Source: an uncultured Verrucomicrobiae bacterium
Lineage (GTDB): Bacteria > Verrucomicrobiota > Verrucomicrobiia > Opitutales > JABDGR01
Direction of reading: 5' to 3'
NCBI GenBank assembly: GCA_963765205.1
Contig: CAVXVB010000009.1
Coordinates: 832,001-896,000 of the forward strand
DNA: 64,000 nt
Numbering within the stretch: the first letter of the stretch is position 1; every line of letters starts with the position of its first letter. A program made the position numbers and the translations under genes. Below, piece by piece: positions 40,226-49,963 of this stretch. Below the pieces are notes generated by a model. It was not told where the DNA came from and did no database searches. It worked only from the letters and a program-made list of their open reading frames with translations.

Positions 40226-41041
40226 ATGAACCCACATGATCATTTTTGGGAGCGCGTCCGCGCCGAGGCCGCGGCTGTGGCCCGGCGCGAGCCAGCCCTC
40301 GGGCCGTTGCTCGAGGAGGTCTTCGTGCGGCGCGGGTCGCTCGAGGAGGCGCTGAGCATCCGCCTGGCGCGCAAACTGGCCTACCACGCCACGCCGGAAA
40401 GCCAGCTCCTCGAAGTCTTCCATGAAATTTTCGCCGCGGGCCCGGACCTCAAGCTCCAGGTCCAGGCGGACATTCTGGCCATCAAGGAGCGCGACCCGGC
40501 CTGCCGCGATTTGCTCACGCCGATCTTGTATTTCAAGGGCTTTCACGCGCTGACGTGCCACCGCTTCGCCCACCATTTGTGGAACCACGGGCGCACCGAC
40601 CTCGCGCTGTATCTGCAAAGCCTCGTCTCCGAAGTCTTCGCCGTGGACATCCACCCGGCGGCGCGCATCGGCGGGGGCATTCTGCTCGACCACGCCACGG
40701 GCTTCGTCGCGGGCGAAACGTCCGCTATCGCCGACAACGTGTCCATCCTGCACGGGGTGACGCTCGGCGGCACGGGCAAGGAATGCGGCGACCGGCATCC
40801 GAAAATCCGCAGCGGCGTGCTGATCGGCGCGGGCGCGAAAATCCTGGGCAACATCGTGGTCGGCGAAGGCGCGAAAATCGGCGCCAACAGCGTCGTGCTG
40901 CACGACGTGCCCCCGCACGCGACCGTCGCCGGCGTCCCCGCGCGCATCGTCGGCCGCGCCGCCGAGGCCGAACCCGCCCGCGCCATGAAACACGACTTGG
41001 ACAATCTCGAGGAGTTCATCAACCACGGCGAGGGGATTTGA
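40226..41041 (+). CDS. cysE: Serine O-acetyltransferase
   Basis: ERDPAC, VDIHPAARIG, LDHATG, GTGKECGDRHPKI, hexapeptide repeats. Confidence 0.96.
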   Translation: MNPHDHFWERVRAEAAAVARREPALGPLLEEVFVRRGSLEEALSIRLARKLAYHATPESQLLEVFHEIFAAGPDLKLQVQADILAIKERDPACRDLLTPILYFKGFHALTCHRFAHHLWNHGRTDLALYLQSLVSEVFAVDIHPAARIGGGILLDHATGFVAGETSAIADNVSILHGVTLGGTGKECGDRHPKIRSGVLIGAGAKILGNIVVGEGAKIGANSVVLHDVPPHATVAGVPARIVGRAAEAEPARAMKHDLDNLEEFINHGEGI

Positions 41042-41110
41042 AACCGCTATTATAGGTGTTGACGCATTTTGGGACATTGCTCGTTTCGTAGCGCTGAGCT
41101 TTAGCCAGCG

Positions 41111-41317
41111 CTACGAAAATACCTCCGCAGCGCAAACGCGTATGTCATCCGGACTTCCGATGGCAAGGAACACCCCGTGCCCCATCCGGACTTTGCGCTG
41201 ATTGGAAACTACAACATCGTCGTGGAAGGCAAAAAGGGTGGCATCATCGTCATTGACCCTGATCATGTGGTGGCCATCCAATGGGTGAACAAGCGCCACC
41301 GCTCCAAAGCGGCGTGA
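41111..41317 (+). pseudogene. Small beta-rich hypothetical gene with no in-frame start codon
   Basis: Frame reads LRKYLRSANAYVIRTSDGKEHPVPHPDFALIG...IDPDHVVAI...KAA*; in-frame TAG at 41102-41104 just upstream. Confidence 0.5.
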
Positions 41318-41520
41318 GCACAGTGGGCTGCTCTTGCGACTCAGTGGCAACATGGAGCTTTTTGGATAAAGCACAAAATATGTCCAACGTAAAAAAAGTA
41401 CTGGAACTGTTTCGGGCAAAGGGAACTGTACAGCATGTCCTGACAGCAGCCGAGAAAGATTATCCGTGTTGGCAACGTGCCAATTATTCACGACGGTGAT
41501 ATATCAGCTGCTTTATAGCT

Positions 41521-41907
41521 TCATCTTGGGTTTTTTGACATAGACCTTTTGAGCACATCTCTTAGTATCTTTTGACTTTCCTCGTTATCATTAATTTCAC
41601 AACATACAGCAGCATGTCTAGCTGCTACTTCGGTTACTTTAAATTCTTTTTTCAATAGGCTTTCAACCACTCTCTTATGGCCAAAAAGACTGGCTACACA
41701 AAGTGCATCATTTAGTTCCTCTGGAGTGAAGGCAATTCCTAGCCCTAATAAACTCTTAACAATATCTAAATTTCCTTCTTCGCTCGCCCTGCGCATTGCA
41801 AATCGTACCTTTACCTTAAACCCGGGCTGTTCCTGATACTGGCCCATTAACTCATTTGCATAAATTCTTCCTATGATTTCAGTATATAGACCTTCGGGAG
41901 TTTGCAT
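41521..41907 (-). CDS. Low-GC ankyrin-repeat protein
   Basis: AMRRASEEGNLDIVKSLL and ALCVASLFGHKRVVESLL ankyrin-like repeats. Confidence 0.7.
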   Translation of the reverse strand: MQTPEGLYTEIIGRIYANELMGQYQEQPGFKVKVRFAMRRASEEGNLDIVKSLLGLGIAFTPEELNDALCVASLFGHKRVVESLLKKEFKVTEVAARHAAVCCEINDNEESQKILRDVLKRSMSKNPR

Positions 41908-42014
41908 GGATGTATGGGGTTAAGGGCTGAGTGTTGAACGAGAAATGAAACGCAATTATTTAATCCCTGCACCTGAACTCCGGCAACTCCAAAAGAGCAA
42001 TTCCATTTATCAGT

Positions 42015-44351
42015 TTAGCTCAAATCCACCGGATCCACGTCAATCGTTTCCAAGACTTCCTTGTCCAGGGGAAACTCCTCGCGGAGTTGGCTGAGGAGCG
42101 GGGCGATGCGGGAAATGCGGTCGGTGAAATACCAGAGTTGGAAGCGGTAATAGCCTTTTAATTTGTCGAGGGGCGGCGGGGCGGGGCCGCGCAGTTCGAC
42201 CCCGGCGGGCAATACCGCTTCCGCGCGCCGAGCCCATTGCTCGGCGTAAAATTTCACCTTCTCGGCGTTGTGGCCGCGAAACAGATGGCGGACGAGCCGG
42301 CGCGACGGCGGGTAATGGTATTCCCGACGCAGCGCGAGTTCGGCGTCGAGAAAGCCGTCGAAGTCGGCGCGCTTGGCGAACTGGATGGGCGCGGCGTGCG
42401 GCGTGTAGGTTTGCACGAAGACTTCGCCCGCAGTGTCCCCGCGGCCCGCGCGACCGGAGACTTGCACGAGGAGCTGAAACGTGCGCTCGTTGGCGCGGAA
42501 ATCCGTCTGGTGCAGCGAGAGGTCGGCGTCCACCAGGCCGCAGAGGGTGACGTTGGGGAAGTCGAGGCCCTTGGCGATCATCTGCGTGCCGACGAGCACG
42601 TCAATTTTGCCGCGGCGGAAATCGGCGAGGATTTGCCGGAAGAGCGTGCGCTTTTGCATCGTGTCGGAGTCGAGGCGCACAATTTTGGCGCGCGGCAGCA
42701 CGCGCAGCGCCGCCTCCTCGACGCGTTGCGTGCCCGAGCCGCGCTGGCGGAGGGATTCCGTTTTGCATTGCGGGCAGCGGCGCGGCGCAGGTTCCGTATA
42801 GCCGCACCAGTGGCAGCGCAGGCGCTCGTCGGTGCGGTGATAAGTGAGCGCGACGCTGCAGTTATGGCAATGGGACACAAAACCGCATTCAAGGCATTGC
42901 AGCGACGAGGAATAGCCGCGGCGGTTGAGGAACAAAATGCTTTGCTCGCGCTTATCGAAGCGGTCGCGCAGGGCTTCGGCGAGTTCGCGCGAAATCACCA
43001 GCGGGCCGGCGCGGCGGTTCTGGTGGCGCAGATCCACCAGGCGCATCGGCGGCAGCGAACGGCCGTCCACGCGCTCGGGCAGGCGGTTCAATTTGTAGCG
43101 GCCCTCGCGCGCGTTGAACAGCGATTCGAGCGCAGGCGTGGCGGAGCCGAGCACGGCGACCGCCCCGGCGAGTTTCGCGCGGTAAACCGCGGCGTCGCGC
43201 CCGTGGTAGCGCGGCGCCTCCTCCTGCTTAAAGGCCGGCTCGTGCTCCTCGTCCACCACTATGAGGCGCAAATTCGCCACCGGTGCAAACACCGCCGAGC
43301 GCGCGCCGACGACCACGCGCGCCTCGCCCCGCGCCACCGCCATCCACGAATCGAAGCGTTCGCCGGCCGAGAGATGGCTGTGCCAGACGACGACCTGCGC
43401 GCCGGTGTCGGCCAGCGCCGAGCGCAGCCGGCCGACGGTCTGCGGAGTCAGCGCGACTTCGGGCACAAGGTAAATGACGCCGCCGCCCGCCGCGAGCACC
43501 GCGCGGATGGAGCGCAGATACACTTCCGTTTTGCCCGAGCCGGTGATGCCGTGCAGCAAATGGACTTGGAATTTTTTTGCGTCGAGGCTCGCCGTAATGT
43601 CGGAAATGGCGGCTTGCTGGTGTTCGTTCAGCTCGAATTTTCCGACGGCGGCGGCGGCTTCGGTTTCGGCGATTTCGTCCTCATAGGCGACGCGCGGGTT
43701 TTCCTGCTTCACTTCCTCGGCAAGGCCTTTTTCGACAAGGGTATCGAACGTGGCGGGGGAAAGTTTCAGCCGAGCAATGAGCAGGCCGCGCGCGAGGGGG
43801 ACGGTTTGCTGGGCGAGAAAGCGGTAGGCGGCGGCCTGTTTGGGCGCGCGGCGTTCGAGCGCGGCGAGTTCTTCGGCGGTGAGCGCGAGGCGGCCCGCGC
43901 GCAACCGCCGTTCCATGCGCAGCGCCATGCCCGCGCGCACGGGCGCGGGAATCATGGTTTCGAAGACCGTCTCGATGGGCGCGAGGTAATAGGCGGCGAT
44001 CCATTTCGCGAGCGCGAGCAAATCGGGCGTCAAAATCGGCTCGGGAAAAACGAGTTCGAGGACGTTTTTGATTTTTGCGGCGGGCACATCCTGGGCGGTG
44101 CCGAGGCGCTCGACGATGCCGAGCGTGGGCGTGTGGCGCAGCGGCACGCGCACCAGGCAGCCGGGCTGCACGCGGCCCGTGAGGTGCGGCGGCAGGCGGT
44201 AGGCCAGCGCGTGATCCACCCCGGCAAGGGGAATGACTTCGACCAACTCGCCCCCGCCGGCATCCGTGGCACGCACGACGGTGGCGCGTCGCGAGTGGGC
44301 AACCACCGGGGGGAAGTCCGGAAAAAGATCAAATTCGCTCGCGCGCGACAT
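42015..44351 (-). CDS. priA: Primosomal protein N' (replication restart helicase)
   Basis: GITGSGKTEVY, DEEHE, NRRGYS, four CxxC, GTQMIAKGLDFP, QVSGRAGR. Confidence 0.97.
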   Translation of the reverse strand: MSRASEFDLFPDFPPVVAHSRRATVVRATDAGGGELVEVIPLAGVDHALAYRLPPHLTGRVQPGCLVRVPLRHTPTLGIVERLGTAQDVPAAKIKNVLELVFPEPILTPDLLALAKWIAAYYLAPIETVFETMIPAPVRAGMALRMERRLRAGRLALTAEELAALERRAPKQAAAYRFLAQQTVPLARGLLIARLKLSPATFDTLVEKGLAEEVKQENPRVAYEDEIAETEAAAAVGKFELNEHQQAAISDITASLDAKKFQVHLLHGITGSGKTEVYLRSIRAVLAAGGGVIYLVPEVALTPQTVGRLRSALADTGAQVVVWHSHLSAGERFDSWMAVARGEARVVVGARSAVFAPVANLRLIVVDEEHEPAFKQEEAPRYHGRDAAVYRAKLAGAVAVLGSATPALESLFNAREGRYKLNRLPERVDGRSLPPMRLVDLRHQNRRAGPLVISRELAEALRDRFDKREQSILFLNRRGYSSSLQCLECGFVSHCHNCSVALTYHRTDERLRCHWCGYTEPAPRRCPQCKTESLRQRGSGTQRVEEAALRVLPRAKIVRLDSDTMQKRTLFRQILADFRRGKIDVLVGTQMIAKGLDFPNVTLCGLVDADLSLHQTDFRANERTFQLLVQVSGRAGRGDTAGEVFVQTYTPHAAPIQFAKRADFDGFLDAELALRREYHYPPSRRLVRHLFRGHNAEKVKFYAEQWARRAEAVLPAGVELRGPAPPPLDKLKGYYRFQLWYFTDRISRIAPLLSQLREEFPLDKEVLETIDVDPVDLS

Positions 44352-44496
44352 GGTGGATGTTGAAGGGTGGAAATCACGGGGGCAACCCCGACGGTGGCCC
44401 GACTAGGCTACCCCACCCTATTTCCTGACGTTGACCTTCCGGCGCTTTAGTGTCAATTTTGTCTCAATAACGGATTCCTCCCTTCCCTTCACCCGC

Positions 44497-45060
44497 ATGG
44501 CCGCCACTGTTTCCAGCGCCACCGGCACCTCCGGCCCGCCGCCCCGCGCGCCGTCAGCGGAGCCTTCGATGGCCATCGAGAACCCGCGCGACACGTTCAA
44601 GGAATTTCTCGCCAGCAAGGGCCTGCGCGTCACGAACCAGCGCCTGGCAATTTTTGACGCCGCCTTCAACCAGCACGACCACTTCACCGCCGAGGACTTG
44701 CTCGAACGCGCCCGCGCGCTGGACGACTCGGTGTCCCGCGCCACCGTTTACCGCAGCCTGCCGATTTTGACCGAGAGCGGCCTGGTGCGCGAGGTGGACG
44801 TGGGCCGCGACTATAAATACTACATGGCCAACGCGCGCGCCCGCACCTTCCAGGCCCAGCTCATCTGCCTGGATTGTGACAAGATCTTCGAGGTGGATGC
44901 GCCCTTCATGGAATGGTATGGAAAAACTGTTTGTGACAAGCGCGACATGGAGCCGGAATCGCAGCGCCTGCAGGTCACGGCCCGCTGCCGCGCCCGGCTG
45001 CGCGGCGCCCGCTGCCCGCACGCCGCGGCCGCGACCGTCTCCTCGACCCGCGCCAAATAG
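44497..45060 (+). CDS. Fur family transcriptional regulator; start uncertain
   Basis: [24 protein letters not shown]. Confidence 0.9.
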   Translation: MAATVSSATGTSGPPPRAPSAEPSMAIENPRDTFKEFLASKGLRVTNQRLAIFDAAFNQHDHFTAEDLLERARALDDSVSRATVYRSLPILTESGLVREVDVGRDYKYYMANARARTFQAQLICLDCDKIFEVDAPFMEWYGKTVCDKRDMEPESQRLQVTARCRARLRGARCPHAAAATVSSTRAK

Positions 45061-45067
45061 GCATTTT

Positions 45068-45463
45068 ATGGCCGATCCCGACCGCCAATTCCAAATCAAG
45101 TTCTTCGAGGGCGTCCTCAAGCACAATCCGGATTACCCGGAGGTGATTGCCTTGCTCGGCGGCCTTTACACGGAAGAGGGCCGCGTGGACGAGGGCTTGC
45201 GCATGGATCGCAAGCTGGTGCGCCTGACGCCGCAGAACCCCATCGCGCATTACAACCTCGCCTGCTCGCTCGCGCTCAAGCGCCGCAAGGCCGACGCCGT
45301 GCGCGCCCTGCGCCGCGCCGTCGAAACCGGCTACCGCGATCTGGACAAACTGCGCGAAGACCCCGACCTGGCCTCGCTGCGCGACTACGCGGCTTTTCTG
45401 GAAGTCGAAGCCGAGCTAATTCGCGCGCAAACGCAGGCCAATCCCGAGCTGGGGCGGTCGTGA
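45068..45463 (+). CDS. TPR protein
   Basis: AHYNLACSLAL, AVETGY, DPDLASLR. Confidence 0.8.
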   Translation: MADPDRQFQIKFFEGVLKHNPDYPEVIALLGGLYTEEGRVDEGLRMDRKLVRLTPQNPIAHYNLACSLALKRRKADAVRALRRAVETGYRDLDKLREDPDLASLRDYAAFLEVEAELIRAQTQANPELGRS

Positions 45464-45559
45464 CCTAATCGCTTCTCATACGACTTAACGAATCGGAGAT
45501 TTTACGGAACTATGCACTTAACAAACCTTTGGGTCTCCTCGTTTCAAAAAATAAACGCT

Positions 45560-45943
45560 TCACTTGACGCTAACATAGCCACAAACAACCAGTTGCATCG
45601 TTCGCAACAAGTCAAAATGTTCTGGTATTGCACTAACACTAGCTGGGCCTCTGTCCCTTATAACATCTTTTATCATTTTAACGAATTCATCAATACTTTT
45701 TGCTTCACCTCCCGCAAAATTCTTGCGGGAATCTGGAACACTGGGGAATATCGCAACATGGTGAATCGGCGTTATATCACTTAATTCTTTGGGGGACGGT
45801 TCGAGATAAAGGTCAATGGCCTCCCGAATATTCTTCAACGCGGCCGCGCGCGTGCGGCCTTGGGACCAACAGCTTTTCAAAGAGGGGCAGTGGGCGGTGA
45901 AGTAACCGTCCTGACCGCGGGCAATGACAATTTTCAGCTCCAT
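45560..45943 (-). CDS. HicB-like antitoxin N-terminal domain fused to an AT-rich tail; no hicA
   Basis: DGYFTAHCPSLKSCWSQGRTRAAALKNIREAIDLYLE is a HicB/UPF0150 signature. Confidence 0.7.
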   Translation of the reverse strand: MELKIVIARGQDGYFTAHCPSLKSCWSQGRTRAAALKNIREAIDLYLEPSPKELSDITPIHHVAIFPSVPDSRKNFAGGEAKSIDEFVKMIKDVIRDRGPASVSAIPEHFDLLRTMQLVVCGYVSVK

Positions 45944-45999
45944 GGAAAACAAGTTTGCGGTCATGCCGGAAGAAGTCAATTTTATAGCTCGGACTGTCC

Positions 46000-46992
46000 A
46001 TGCCCGCCGCCCTTCCCGAATTGAACTACGAACCGCACGTCCTCGCGCCCGCGCGGGGCGGGCCGGCGCCGTTGTCGGCGTTGCAGCAGGAGGTGCTGCG
46101 CCTCAAGCGCGAGCGCCGGGCCGTCATCCTCGCGCATAATTACCAGGTCGAGGAAATCCAGCGCGTGGCGGATTTCGTGGGCGATTCGCTGGGCTTGTCC
46201 TACGAGGCGGCCAAGGCCGATGCGGAGGTCATCGCTTTTTGCGGCGTCCACTTCATGGCGGAGACGGCGAAAATCGTGAATCCCGGCAAAATTGTGCTGC
46301 TGCCGGACCTCGCCGCGGGATGCTCGCTATCGGACTCATGCCCGGCGGAAAAACTGGCCGCCTATAAAGCCGCGCACCCAGGCCTCTACGTGGTCGCCTA
46401 CATCAATTGCTCGGCGGCGGTGAAGGCGCTCAGCGACGTGATCGTGACGAGCAGCAACGCGGTGAAAATCGTACAACGCGTGCCGCCGGAGCGGGAGATT
46501 TTGTTCGTGCCCGACCAGAACCTGGGCCAGTGGGTCGCGCAACAGACGGGAAGGGCCATGCGCCTGTGGCCGGGGAGTTGCTACGCGCACGTCCTGTTCA
46601 CCGTGCGCGCCCTCGAAAAAATCAAATTGAAGTTTCCCGGCGCACCGGTCGTCGCCCACCCGGAATGCGTGCTGGCCGTGCGCGATCTGGCGGATGAGGT
46701 TTGCAGCACGGAAAAAATGGTGGCGTTCTGCCGCAACAATCCGGCGCCGGCCTTCATCGTGGCGACCGAGTCGGGCATGATGCACCGGCTGCACCGCGAA
46801 ATCCCGGACAAAACCTTCATCGCCGCGCCGACGGACAAATGCGCGTGCAACGACTGCCGCTTCATGAAACTCAACACGCTGGAAAAGCTGCACGCCTGCC
46901 TGCGGGACTTGCAACCCCGCATCGAGTTGCCGCCGGACATCCTCGAGCAGGCGCGGGCGCCGATCCAGCGGATGCTCGACTGGAGCCGGTGA
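46000..46992 (+). CDS. nadA: Quinolinate synthase
   Basis: ILAHNYQ, FCGVHFMAETAKI, AGCSL, AHPEC, CRFMK. Confidence 0.96.
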   Translation: MPAALPELNYEPHVLAPARGGPAPLSALQQEVLRLKRERRAVILAHNYQVEEIQRVADFVGDSLGLSYEAAKADAEVIAFCGVHFMAETAKIVNPGKIVLLPDLAAGCSLSDSCPAEKLAAYKAAHPGLYVVAYINCSAAVKALSDVIVTSSNAVKIVQRVPPEREILFVPDQNLGQWVAQQTGRAMRLWPGSCYAHVLFTVRALEKIKLKFPGAPVVAHPECVLAVRDLADEVCSTEKMVAFCRNNPAPAFIVATESGMMHRLHREIPDKTFIAAPTDKCACNDCRFMKLNTLEKLHACLRDLQPRIELPPDILEQARAPIQRMLDWSR

Positions 46993-47005
46993 ACCTTTGC
47001 CAGCC

Positions 47006-47260
47006 ATGCCTCCGCCGTATCAGGTCAGTTTCAAACCACGCGCCCTGAATGACCTTGCCGCGCTGCCTCAGGCTGGCGCGGCCCGAGTCATGGAGCGCTT
47101 GGGCCATCTCGCCCAAGGTCTGCCCGCCGACGTAAAGAAATTATCCCAGCAGGAACCCGGCTACCGCCTGCGCTCCGGTGAATGGCGCGCCTTGTTTGAT
47201 CTCGACAGCCAGCAAATCACCGTTTACCGTGTCTTGCATCGCCGCGAGGCTTACCGATGA
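47006..47260 (+). CDS. RelE/ParE family toxin
   Basis: 84 aa; DVKKL, YRLRSGEWR, VLHRREAYR. Confidence 0.88.
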   Translation: MPPPYQVSFKPRALNDLAALPQAGAARVMERLGHLAQGLPADVKKLSQQEPGYRLRSGEWRALFDLDSQQITVYRVLHRREAYR

Positions 47261-47460
47261 GCGCCCCATCCCTCCATCCCCGCTACATTGAAGAGGACGG
47301 CAAAAAAACCTTTGTGGTTCTGCCGTATGATGAGTTTGTGGGCCTGCAGGAGCACTTGGAAGATGCCGAAGATTTGCGCATTATCCGTCGCGAGCGGGAA
47401 ATTTCCCGTTCGGAACCGACGCTTTCACTGGATGAAGTCAGGCGGCGTTTGGGTCTGTAA
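47257..47460 (+). CDS. Type II antitoxin (acidic, 67 aa)
   Basis: ATGA overlap with the toxin; FVVLPYDEF..LQEHLEDAED...LSLDEVRRRLGL. Confidence 0.8.
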   Translation: MSAPSLHPRYIEEDGKKTFVVLPYDEFVGLQEHLEDAEDLRIIRREREISRSEPTLSLDEVRRRLGL

Positions 47461-47553
47461 ATTGTCGCCCATGCTCGACTGGAGCCGCTAACGCAAAAGG
47501 ACCATTTTATCATGGCGCGGGCCGGGGGTTGTGTTCATTATCCCGCTTCAAGC

Positions 47554-48030
47554 ATGAAATCAAACCCCTCAACTTGGACGACTGCCGCAGCGCGGTCGCT
47601 AGCCGGCCTGTTGGCGGCCGGGGCGCTGCTTTTCGCCGGTGCTTGCAGCGACGGGCCGAACAGCGACGTGGAGGAGACGGTGCAAATCATTTCCGCGCCG
47701 GCCAACGCCAAAGTGACGATTGATGGCGTGGACTCCGGCACCACGCCCATCCCGGCCGTGCTGGGCAAAGACCGCGAGACGCACGTCGTCATCAGCAAGC
47801 CGGGGTTTGCGCCCGCGGACATTTACGTCCATGTGCAGGACGGGCACCTGACACCAAACCCGGTGGACGTGAAACTGCGCTGCGAATTGCTGCCCGACAA
47901 ACCCGGCCCGAATCGCGCGGCCGAGCTGGCCACCTGCCTGGAAAATTTGAAGAAATACGTCGCCATCGGCAACATCGTGCCGGAGGACGAGGCCTATGCG
48001 GAGGCGCAAATCCGGGAGTTTTATAAGTGA
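47554..48030 (+). CDS. PEGA-domain lipoprotein
   Basis: Lipobox-like AGAC; ISAPANAKVTIDG...GTTP. Confidence 0.75.
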   Translation: MKSNPSTWTTAAARSLAGLLAAGALLFAGACSDGPNSDVEETVQIISAPANAKVTIDGVDSGTTPIPAVLGKDRETHVVISKPGFAPADIYVHVQDGHLTPNPVDVKLRCELLPDKPGPNRAAELATCLENLKKYVAIGNIVPEDEAYAEAQIREFYK

Positions 48031-48056
48031 AGTGCCTCAGTGCCTTCTTCAAAAAA

Positions 48057-48132
48057 TGGAGCCGGCAGTCGGACTCGAACCGACGACCTACGGTTTACAA
48101 AACCGTAGCTCTACCAACTGAGCTATGCCGGC
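48057..48132 (-). tRNA. tRNA-Thr(TGT)
   Basis: 76 nt GCCGGCA...ACGGT-TTTGTAA-ACCGT...GGTTCGAGTCC...TGCCGGCTCCA with encoded CCA. Confidence 0.97.
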
Positions 48133-48187
48133 AAATTGCTTATAAGCAACGAGTTATAAAATAGATTTTTGACCCTAAAATAGTAGT

Positions 48188-48210
48188 TGTCACCCGTTCG
48201 TGTAACTCGG
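48188..48210 (+). repeat. Putative integrase arm-type sites, left end
   Basis: TGTCACCCG-TTCG-TGTAACTCG-G; 20/23 identical to 63733-63755. Confidence 0.7.
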
Positions 48211-48222
48211 TAGTATTCGGGC

Positions 48223-49303
48223 ATGAAATCCCCACAAAAAAAACCCCGCCCGCCAGGATGGGCGAACGTATTCCAAGGTAGCTGAGTGCCTGTATCGAAG
48301 TGACGCATCAGGCATATATTATGCACTGCTCAAAAAGAGCGGCAAGCAAATCCGCCGGTCCCTCAAGACCGATGATCGCAAGTTGGCGGAACGTCGCTTG
48401 GCTGAATTCCGCGAAAAGGTTGACCGGCTCGACCTCGGCGAAGGCAAGACCCGCCTGACCTTTGACGAAGTGGCGGCGCGGTGGCTGGATTCCCTGCGGT
48501 CGCATCTCAAGCCATCCTCGGCGCTGCGCCGGGAAACCAGCCTCAAGCAACTGCGCCCCACCTTCGGAGCCGTCCCAGTGCGCAGCATTATCCGCCTGCA
48601 ATGCGAAGAGTGGGCCAAGCATCGTAGCCCGCAGATCGCGGCCTCCACCTTCAACAATGAGCGGGAAACCATGCTCTCGGTGCTGGAATACGCGCAGCGG
48701 GAAGGGTTGATCATGGACAATCCGGCCAAGGTCATCGGTCGCCGCAAGCTTGGCAAGACAACCGTGCTCATTCCCAGCCGGGAGCAATTCGAAAAGCTGG
48801 TTGCCACCCTGCGCGGTCTCGACATCCGCTACCAGGACGCCGCCGATTTTATCGAACTCCTAGCATACTCCGGGATGCGTAAGGCAGAAGCCAACGCCTT
48901 CGGCCTGGCTGACGTGGATTTTGAGCGCGGGAGCTTCAACGTTACTGGCGGCGAGCTCGGCACCAAAAACCACGAAATGCGTGTGGTCCCGCTCTTTCCC
49001 GTCTTCCGCGCGTTCGTTCAACGCCTCCAAACACAAAGCCCGCGTCCGGCAGATAAACCGCTGGTGCCGATCCTCGACGGCAAGAACGCTTTGGACACCG
49101 CTTGCAAGCTCAACGGTTACCCGCACTTTACGAATCATTGCATGAGACACTTTTTTGTCAGTAATGCGCTTGAAAAGGGCGTTGAATTCAAGACCATAGC
49201 TGCTTGGGTCGGCCACAAGGACGGCGGCTTGCTCGTCGCCAAAACCTACGGCCACCTCCGCGATACCCACTCTTTCGAAATGGCCAAAAGAATTACTTTA
49301 TGA
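48223..49303 (+). CDS. Tyrosine recombinase/integrase (apparent frameshift in the A8 run at 48236-48243)
   Basis: YSGMR, TKN, HCMRH, VGH, KTY catalytic set; the open frame extends upstream of TTG 48383 (KVAECLYR...GIYYA...RSLKT) and joins ATG 48223 if one A is removed. Confidence 0.9.
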
Positions 49304-49412
49304 ATGCAGAAGCAGAAGCCCAGAAAAATCGGCACCTCCGAGAGTTTTTGGAGACCAAAGCTGCAAGTGCCGTTTCTGGAGCTTCGCGAGATCGCGTAGA
49401 TGGCTCGGAGGC

Positions 49413-49467
49413 CCCGCCAACAAAAGCCCCCCGGCCCTTACGGGCGGGGGGGGCTTTTGTTGGCGGG
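49413..49467. terminator. Long GC-rich hairpin downstream of the integrase
   Basis: 20-bp perfect stem CCCGCCAACAAAAGCCCCCC / GGGGGGCTTTTGTTGGCGGG with inner GCCC-TTAC-GGGC. Confidence 0.6.
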
Positions 49468-49963
49468 CCTGAGCTTGTTAGAATTCTCAATAAGTCCCAA
49501 ATGCAAGTCGCTTTCGCTGCCAGAAGCCAGCAACCTTGAACTTGACGGCCAAAAGGAAGAGGCCAAAACTATGTTTTGACATAGCTTGAGCGGTCGCATC
49601 TCGACCGATTTCAACCGGACCATGGCAGATGAAAGAGGCCGTCGGGTATGCGGGTGATTCACCGGGGCAAGTCCCGCCGCAGCGGGATTGGGGTGTTTAG
49701 TCGAACGTAGGCGAGGTTCGCTCTAGAAAAAAGAACGGGTTAGTAGCCGAGAAGGTGCTCAGTGACGCTTTAAAATGGCCCAAAGTGCATGTTGGCATGG
49801 TGGCACTTCCCAGGCTATGGTTGGCGCGTGGGCTCATTTGCGGCGGTGACTTTTGCCTTGATGCGGCGAACGTTTTTGTTTAGTGAATCGTGGTGTTATG
49901 GTTGTTCCATGGCATAGCGTTCCGTTAAATGATGAAGAGGATTCACCATTTAACCGTGTGAAC

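Larger units (their letters stand above)
46972..47487. repeat. 17-bp direct repeat (nadA 3' end) flanking the TA cassette
   Basis: ATGCTCGACTGGAGCCG at 46972-46988 and 47471-47487. Confidence 0.9.

Noticed and set aside
42237..44363. 708-aa ORF on the + strand and similar long antisense ORFs (e.g. 51537..53249)
   Set aside because: Shadow frames opposite priA and ureC, expected in GC-rich DNA; no recognisable motifs
49801..49816. TGGCACTTCCCAGGCT as sigma54 promoter for ureD
   Set aside because: Spacing is right but the -12 element is poor (AGGC vs TTGC); too weak to call
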